From Candidatus Micrarchaeota archaeon (lineage in GTDB: Archaea > Micrarchaeota > Micrarchaeia > Norongarragalinales > Norongarragalinaceae), in the NCBI GenBank assembly GCA_037444485.1, contig JBBIMI010000014.1:1-21139 (forward strand): 21,139 nucleotides of DNA, in the 5' to 3' direction. How positions within the stretch are numbered: position 1 is the first letter of the stretch; each line of letters starts with the position of its first letter. Below are positions 16,909-21,139 of this stretch, one piece after another. Position numbers and translations under genes: made by a program. A model generated the notes under the pieces. The model ran no database searches. It worked only from the letters and a program-made list of their open reading frames with translations, and was not told the DNA's origin.

Positions 16909-18251
16909 AGAAACCAAAGTACGTTGGAGTGCGAATAAGAATACCTAAACCCTTGTTTGGAAAGAAGAAAGAAATCGAAGAGAAAAAAGAAAAAGGAAAG
17001 CCTGCAGCGTCTTCAGGAGTGCCGGTCAAGAAATTCAGCGAGTCGCGCAGGGCTTTTCTCAAGCGAGCGCCCCTCGTTTTCGGCGCGGCCGTGCTCGCTG
17101 GATTAGGTTTCAAGAAATTTATTGACTGGAAAACGCGGGAGATAGAGCAAACAACGTTCACGCCCGCGCGCTCAAGCAAAAAACCAGAATTCACTCACTT
17201 AGAGCCTTCAGTAACGCTAGTAGAGAACGCGCTTCAAAACGTTTTAAAAAACCCTACTTACAACAAAATCGCGTTTGAACGCACTGCCTGGTTTTACGAT
17301 TTTATAGCAAAACACGCGCTTGAAAAGAAAGTGGACCCGTCATTGTTGTTCGCGTTAGTAGCGCACGAATCACGCGGAGCAGTAACAGCTGAATCACGAG
17401 CTGGCGCAAGAGGATTAGCGCAATTCATGCCGGAAACAGGCGCTGAATACGGGCTTTACCAACTCAAGCAACTCGTTTCAAGCAAGAAAAATTTATTTAG
17501 GGAGGTGGGAGACGAGCGTTTCGACCCGGACAAATCGCTTGCAGCTGCAGCCAGCCACTTGAGGGGCTTGATTGATTACTATGCTCAACGCAATTATTTG
17601 GAAGAAGAACAACGCCAAAAACTTTTAAACGGGATTGGACGCGACCCGTACGCCGTGTTTTTCGCGTTGGCTGCTTACAACGCTGGCCGCGCTAATGTTG
17701 ACAAGGCAATACTGAAAACGCTTGAAGAAAAAGGCTCACCTCTATCCTGGCACGCGATTGCCAAAGAACTGCCTAAGGAAACGCGTGATTACGTTCCTTT
17801 TATTCTAGCAAAAAAAATAATTTTAGAGAACTTCGAGCATTTCGCTAACGAACACAGGTTAAGCGTTTCAGAAAAAGCTTTCGGCGCTTACACGCGATTG
17901 CTTGAATTAACTGAACAGAAAAAACTCTGGGGAACCTCAACACGTTCTTTCGCGAAGTCAAACAAATTAAATGAAAAGCACTTGCAGTTGTTGAACCCTC
18001 ACTTGAAGACAGGCTTGTGGCTAAAAGAAGCATTATTGCGCGTGCCGAAAAAACAAGAACTCAAGAAGTTTCAAGAAGAATTCAAATACTTTGAAAACTT
18101 GCGTTGGAATGAATTTAAGTACTCGCCGCGTGAAAGAAAAAGCGAGAAAAAACAAGCGCAAGAAAGGCAAGCGCAAACAATATGCGAGCACGTTACGCAC
18201 AATGAAATAAAGAAAAGCTTGGTTGAATTATTGTTTAGTTCTATTGTTTAG
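16905..18251 (+). CDS. Lytic transglycosylase (SLT domain, MltD-like) with twin-arginine-like membrane anchor
   Basis: SRRAFLK plus a hydrophobic helix. SLT motifs VAHES (catalytic Glu 17367-17369), SRAGARGLAQFMPETG, DERFDP, ALAAYNAG, LPKETRDYV. Alternative start GTG 16875. Confidence 0.9.
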   Translation: MKKPKYVGVRIRIPKPLFGKKKEIEEKKEKGKPAASSGVPVKKFSESRRAFLKRAPLVFGAAVLAGLGFKKFIDWKTREIEQTTFTPARSSKKPEFTHLEPSVTLVENALQNVLKNPTYNKIAFERTAWFYDFIAKHALEKKVDPSLLFALVAHESRGAVTAESRAGARGLAQFMPETGAEYGLYQLKQLVSSKKNLFREVGDERFDPDKSLAAAASHLRGLIDYYAQRNYLEEEQRQKLLNGIGRDPYAVFFALAAYNAGRANVDKAILKTLEEKGSPLSWHAIAKELPKETRDYVPFILAKKIILENFEHFANEHRLSVSEKAFGAYTRLLELTEQKKLWGTSTRSFAKSNKLNEKHLQLLNPHLKTGLWLKEALLRVPKKQELKKFQEEFKYFENLRWNEFKYSPRERKSEKKQAQERQAQTICEHVTHNEIKKSLVELLFSSIV

Positions 18252-18467
18252 TTTTCTTAGTTTCACTGCTTCCGCAGCGTTAAACAAATTTTTTCGGCGA
18301 GCAAAAGCCGCCAAAAGCAGCTAAAACCATGCGAAAACAAGCGAAAATAAGCGAAAACAAGCGTTTGACAAGAAAAGATTGCATTAACTCGTCATTAATT
18401 TTTTCTTTTTTTCTTGCGCTTTTCCCCACTTTTTTTCCTTTTTCCCACTTTTCCAGTTTTTTTTCAA

Positions 18468-19628
18468 CTATTCTTTATCTTTTTTTCCAAAAAGTTTTTT
18501 CAGCCATAAGGGAGTAGCGATAGTCGTCAGCAACGCCATCAACAACACGCTCGAGTACACGTCCTGTCCGACAAAGCCAGCGTTCAAACCAATGAGCGCG
18601 ACGATCATTGCAACTTCGCCTCGCGGTACCATTCCAACGCCGATGACAAGCGCGTCCTTGCTTGAAAATCCGAGAGCGCGCGCTGGAAGCCAACACCCGA
18701 TAAGCTTCGTTAAAATTGCGGTGAGGGTTAAAACAATCACCAACAACCAAGCTCCAAGCGCCGCATTCACGTTGACTAACACGCCAAGCGAAACGAAGAA
18801 AATCGCTGCGAACACTTGCTCGAGGAACGCTGCACCCTCGCGGTAGCTTTTAATGCGCACGCTCTCAAGCGAAACGCCTGCAATGAAAGCGCCTACAATC
18901 GCGCTCAACCCAACGAGTTCAGCGATTGTCGCGTAAGCGAACGCGAATCCTATTGCAGCCAGGAACGTTGACTGAGGTATCGCATGGCGTTCCGCGTACT
19001 TGTTCCAACGCTCTAACGCAACGGCAATTATTTTGCTTCCGAAGAGGGTTGCTACGACTAGAAAAGCCACTGCCTTTACCGAAGTCAAGAAAATGGCTTG
19101 GTAAGAAATGCTTGCGGCCGCTACGTCGCTCGCCAAACTCAAAGCGAGTAAGCTGAGCACATCGTCTACAACTGCGGCACCAACGATTGCTTTCGCGGCC
19201 GGCGTTTTCAGTTTTCCCAATTCCTTCAAAACCTGCGCGGTGATCGCGATGCTCGTCGCCGTGAGCGCGGTTCCAGCGAACAAGCTCGTCACAAAGTTGT
19301 ACTTAAAAAAACTCGCGGCGAGAAAACCGCCGGTCCAAGGCACGACGACGCCGAAAAAAGCGATTACGAAAGACTTGAGCGTGTAAACTTCCTTGAACTT
19401 CGTTTCGAGGCCGACCACGAACAGCAGAAAGACAGCACCCATTCCGGCGAGAGCACTCACGAAGTCCGTGTAAGTAATTAGTCCCAGCACGCTTGGACCC
19501 ATAAGCAAGCCGACGAGAATCTCGCCAATGACAGCGCTTTGACCGAAGCGCGTTGCGATGAAGTACCCTATCAACGAGACGAACAACAAGAGGCTGATTT
19601 GGAAATCGATGCTAGACAAGACTTCCAT
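18468..19628 (-). CDS. Cation/proton antiporter, CPA2 (NapA/Kef-like)
   Basis: Polytopic membrane protein with FVVGLE, ATSIAIT, GAAVVDDV and GMVPRGEVA. Confidence 0.92.
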   Translation of the reverse strand: MEVLSSIDFQISLLLFVSLIGYFIATRFGQSAVIGEILVGLLMGPSVLGLITYTDFVSALAGMGAVFLLFVVGLETKFKEVYTLKSFVIAFFGVVVPWTGGFLAASFFKYNFVTSLFAGTALTATSIAITAQVLKELGKLKTPAAKAIVGAAVVDDVLSLLALSLASDVAAASISYQAIFLTSVKAVAFLVVATLFGSKIIAVALERWNKYAERHAIPQSTFLAAIGFAFAYATIAELVGLSAIVGAFIAGVSLESVRIKSYREGAAFLEQVFAAIFFVSLGVLVNVNAALGAWLLVIVLTLTAILTKLIGCWLPARALGFSSKDALVIGVGMVPRGEVAMIVALIGLNAGFVGQDVYSSVLLMALLTTIATPLWLKKLFGKKDKE

Positions 19629-19671
19629 TTAGTTTGACCACTCACTCGATTTATACTCGATTTATTTCAAA

Positions 19672-20943
19672 CTAGCTGTAAATTATTCTAGGCCGCTTCA
19701 AATTCTCGACAGCTGCAGCAGGCGCGGCTGCAGGAGCCTGCTTTTGTTGGCTTTTCTTCTTGTTTCCTTGTTCGAAAGCGAAAGCGCCGACCATCGCGAT
19801 GACGTTAGTAAACAGTATCACCAGGAAGGCCACCTCCACGAAAAAGGAAACCTGAATTCCGTAAGCGGCCGGCATGAAAGCGAGAACCGAAGCGGCGAGG
19901 CCGCGTGGAAACAGCGTGGCAATGACCAGCGCGTATTTCTTCACGTTCGCATCGAAAAAGCCGACTAGCTTCGTAGACGCGATTCTCGCCAGCAAAAGCA
20001 CCGCGGTCGACGCTCCCGCGATTACGATGATGTGTTGCTTGAGGGCTGCTGTGTTGAAGATTACGCCGAGAAACACGAAGAAGAACGTTCTCACGAAGAA
20101 AGTTATTTCCCTCTGGACGACTTTAATGCTCTTGTCGACTTCAAACTCGCCTTGCATTCGCAGCATTTTGGCTAGCTCTACGGAGTTGCCGAGAACGAGC
20201 CCAAACACGAGTGCGGAAACTGCGCCGCTTCCCTTCACCGCCTCAACCAACGCGTAGAGGATGAAAAGCATTGCGAGCGTAACCATGTAGCCGAGCGGCT
20301 TTCCGTAAAACTTGCGGAGAATGATAACCCAAAACAATCCCGCGACGAACCCGACTACCGCAGCGATGGAAAAAGCGCCTACAATCGCGTTTGCGGCGAC
20401 GCTCAAGTCAACGGAACCCAGTTGAATGACTTGAATTATCGTAATCGCGGAAACGATTGTTAAAACATCGTTGATTATCGACTCCAAGCCCAACAAGATT
20501 TTAGTTTCTTCGCTTACGTTCAAGCGCGAGACTATCGTCAGTACAGTCGCGCTGCTGGTTCCGCTTACGACCACTCCAAGCAATAGCGCTTGCATGAAAT
20601 TCCAGGAGAAGGCGTAGGACAAGAGAAACGCCACGCCGGCCGCGCTCAAAGCAAAGACGAGGACAGTGAAAGCGGTTGTTTTCCACAGGCCCGTCAAAAC
20701 TTTAAACAAGTTTAAGTCCAAACCGCTGTCAAACAATATTATGATTAAGGCAAGCGAGCCTACGAGGGAAGCGAACGCGGTGAACGGCGCCGGGTCTATC
20801 ACGTTCAACACTGGGCCGAGCAGCATTCCGAAAACGAGGAGTATCAGCACGTCGGGAATTTTAGTTCGGTTAAAGAAAATCAGGCTGAAAAAACCTAGGA
20901 AGATTATCAAGCCGAGCAACAGAAACAATTGAATTATATTCAT
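19672..20943 (-). CDS. Cation/proton antiporter, CPA1 (NhaP-like)
   Basis: Polytopic membrane protein with ILFDSGL, SGTSSA, LESIIND, FFFVFLG and PRGLAASVLA. Confidence 0.9.
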   Translation of the reverse strand: MNIIQLFLLLGLIIFLGFFSLIFFNRTKIPDVLILLVFGMLLGPVLNVIDPAPFTAFASLVGSLALIIILFDSGLDLNLFKVLTGLWKTTAFTVLVFALSAAGVAFLLSYAFSWNFMQALLLGVVVSGTSSATVLTIVSRLNVSEETKILLGLESIINDVLTIVSAITIIQVIQLGSVDLSVAANAIVGAFSIAAVVGFVAGLFWVIILRKFYGKPLGYMVTLAMLFILYALVEAVKGSGAVSALVFGLVLGNSVELAKMLRMQGEFEVDKSIKVVQREITFFVRTFFFVFLGVIFNTAALKQHIIVIAGASTAVLLLARIASTKLVGFFDANVKKYALVIATLFPRGLAASVLAFMPAAYGIQVSFFVEVAFLVILFTNVIAMVGAFAFEQGNKKKSQQKQAPAAAPAAAVENLKRPRIIYS

Positions 20944-20959
20944 GCGAACACCGAACTAG

Positions 20960-21008
20960 TTTTAGTCTCCATCTATTTCTTTATTTTTTTAGTCTCCATC
21001 TATTTCTT
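20960..21008. repeat. 22-bp direct duplication TTTTAGTCTCCATCTATTTCTT
   Basis: Copies at 20960-20981 and 20987-21008, in the antiporter upstream region. Confidence 0.8.
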
Positions 21009-21139
21009 CGTCTATTAATCCCTTTGGCTGAGAAATCCGTTGTCCTTCAAGGCAACGGATGAATCAGCCACTAATTTTTTTTGAACGCGTAATTACCTCT
21101 AGCGGCGCGGATGTTGCGCCGCCGGAGGTAACGAAGTAT

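Noticed and set aside
3079..20932. Numerous short antisense or alternate-frame ORFs inside proS, rnz, lonB, corA, pyrG and the antiporters
   Set aside because: Shadow ORFs of well-supported genes, with no recognisable motifs.

Overview
Archaeal chromosomal segment; a DPANN/Micrarchaeota-like lineage is inferred from S17e, archaeal-type ProRS, membrane-anchored LonB, BHB tRNA introns at non-canonical sites, TATA promoters and GGTG-type SD sites. Genes in order: an orphan ORF, a frameshifted IS6-family element, tRNA-Gln(UUG) with two introns, rps17e, proS, a membrane-anchored hypothetical, rnz, a fractured lonB locus, a LAGLIDADG-wHTH pseudogene, corA, a box C/D guide RNA, a SAM methyltransferase, pyrG, a SLOG-like protein, a 57-aa membrane protein, an MltD-like lytic transglycosylase and two cation/proton antiporters. 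The top finding is that lonB is split into two genes, carrying the N- and C-halves of an intein, with a free-standing LAGLIDADG endonuclease between them that has its own candidate promoter. Full-length LonB would then need protein trans-splicing. The second finding is a dual-guide C/D sRNA whose guides both land by the N+5 rule on wobble C34, one in a CAU (elongator Met-type) loop and one in a CAA (Leu) loop. All calls come from manual motif reading; no database search was run.
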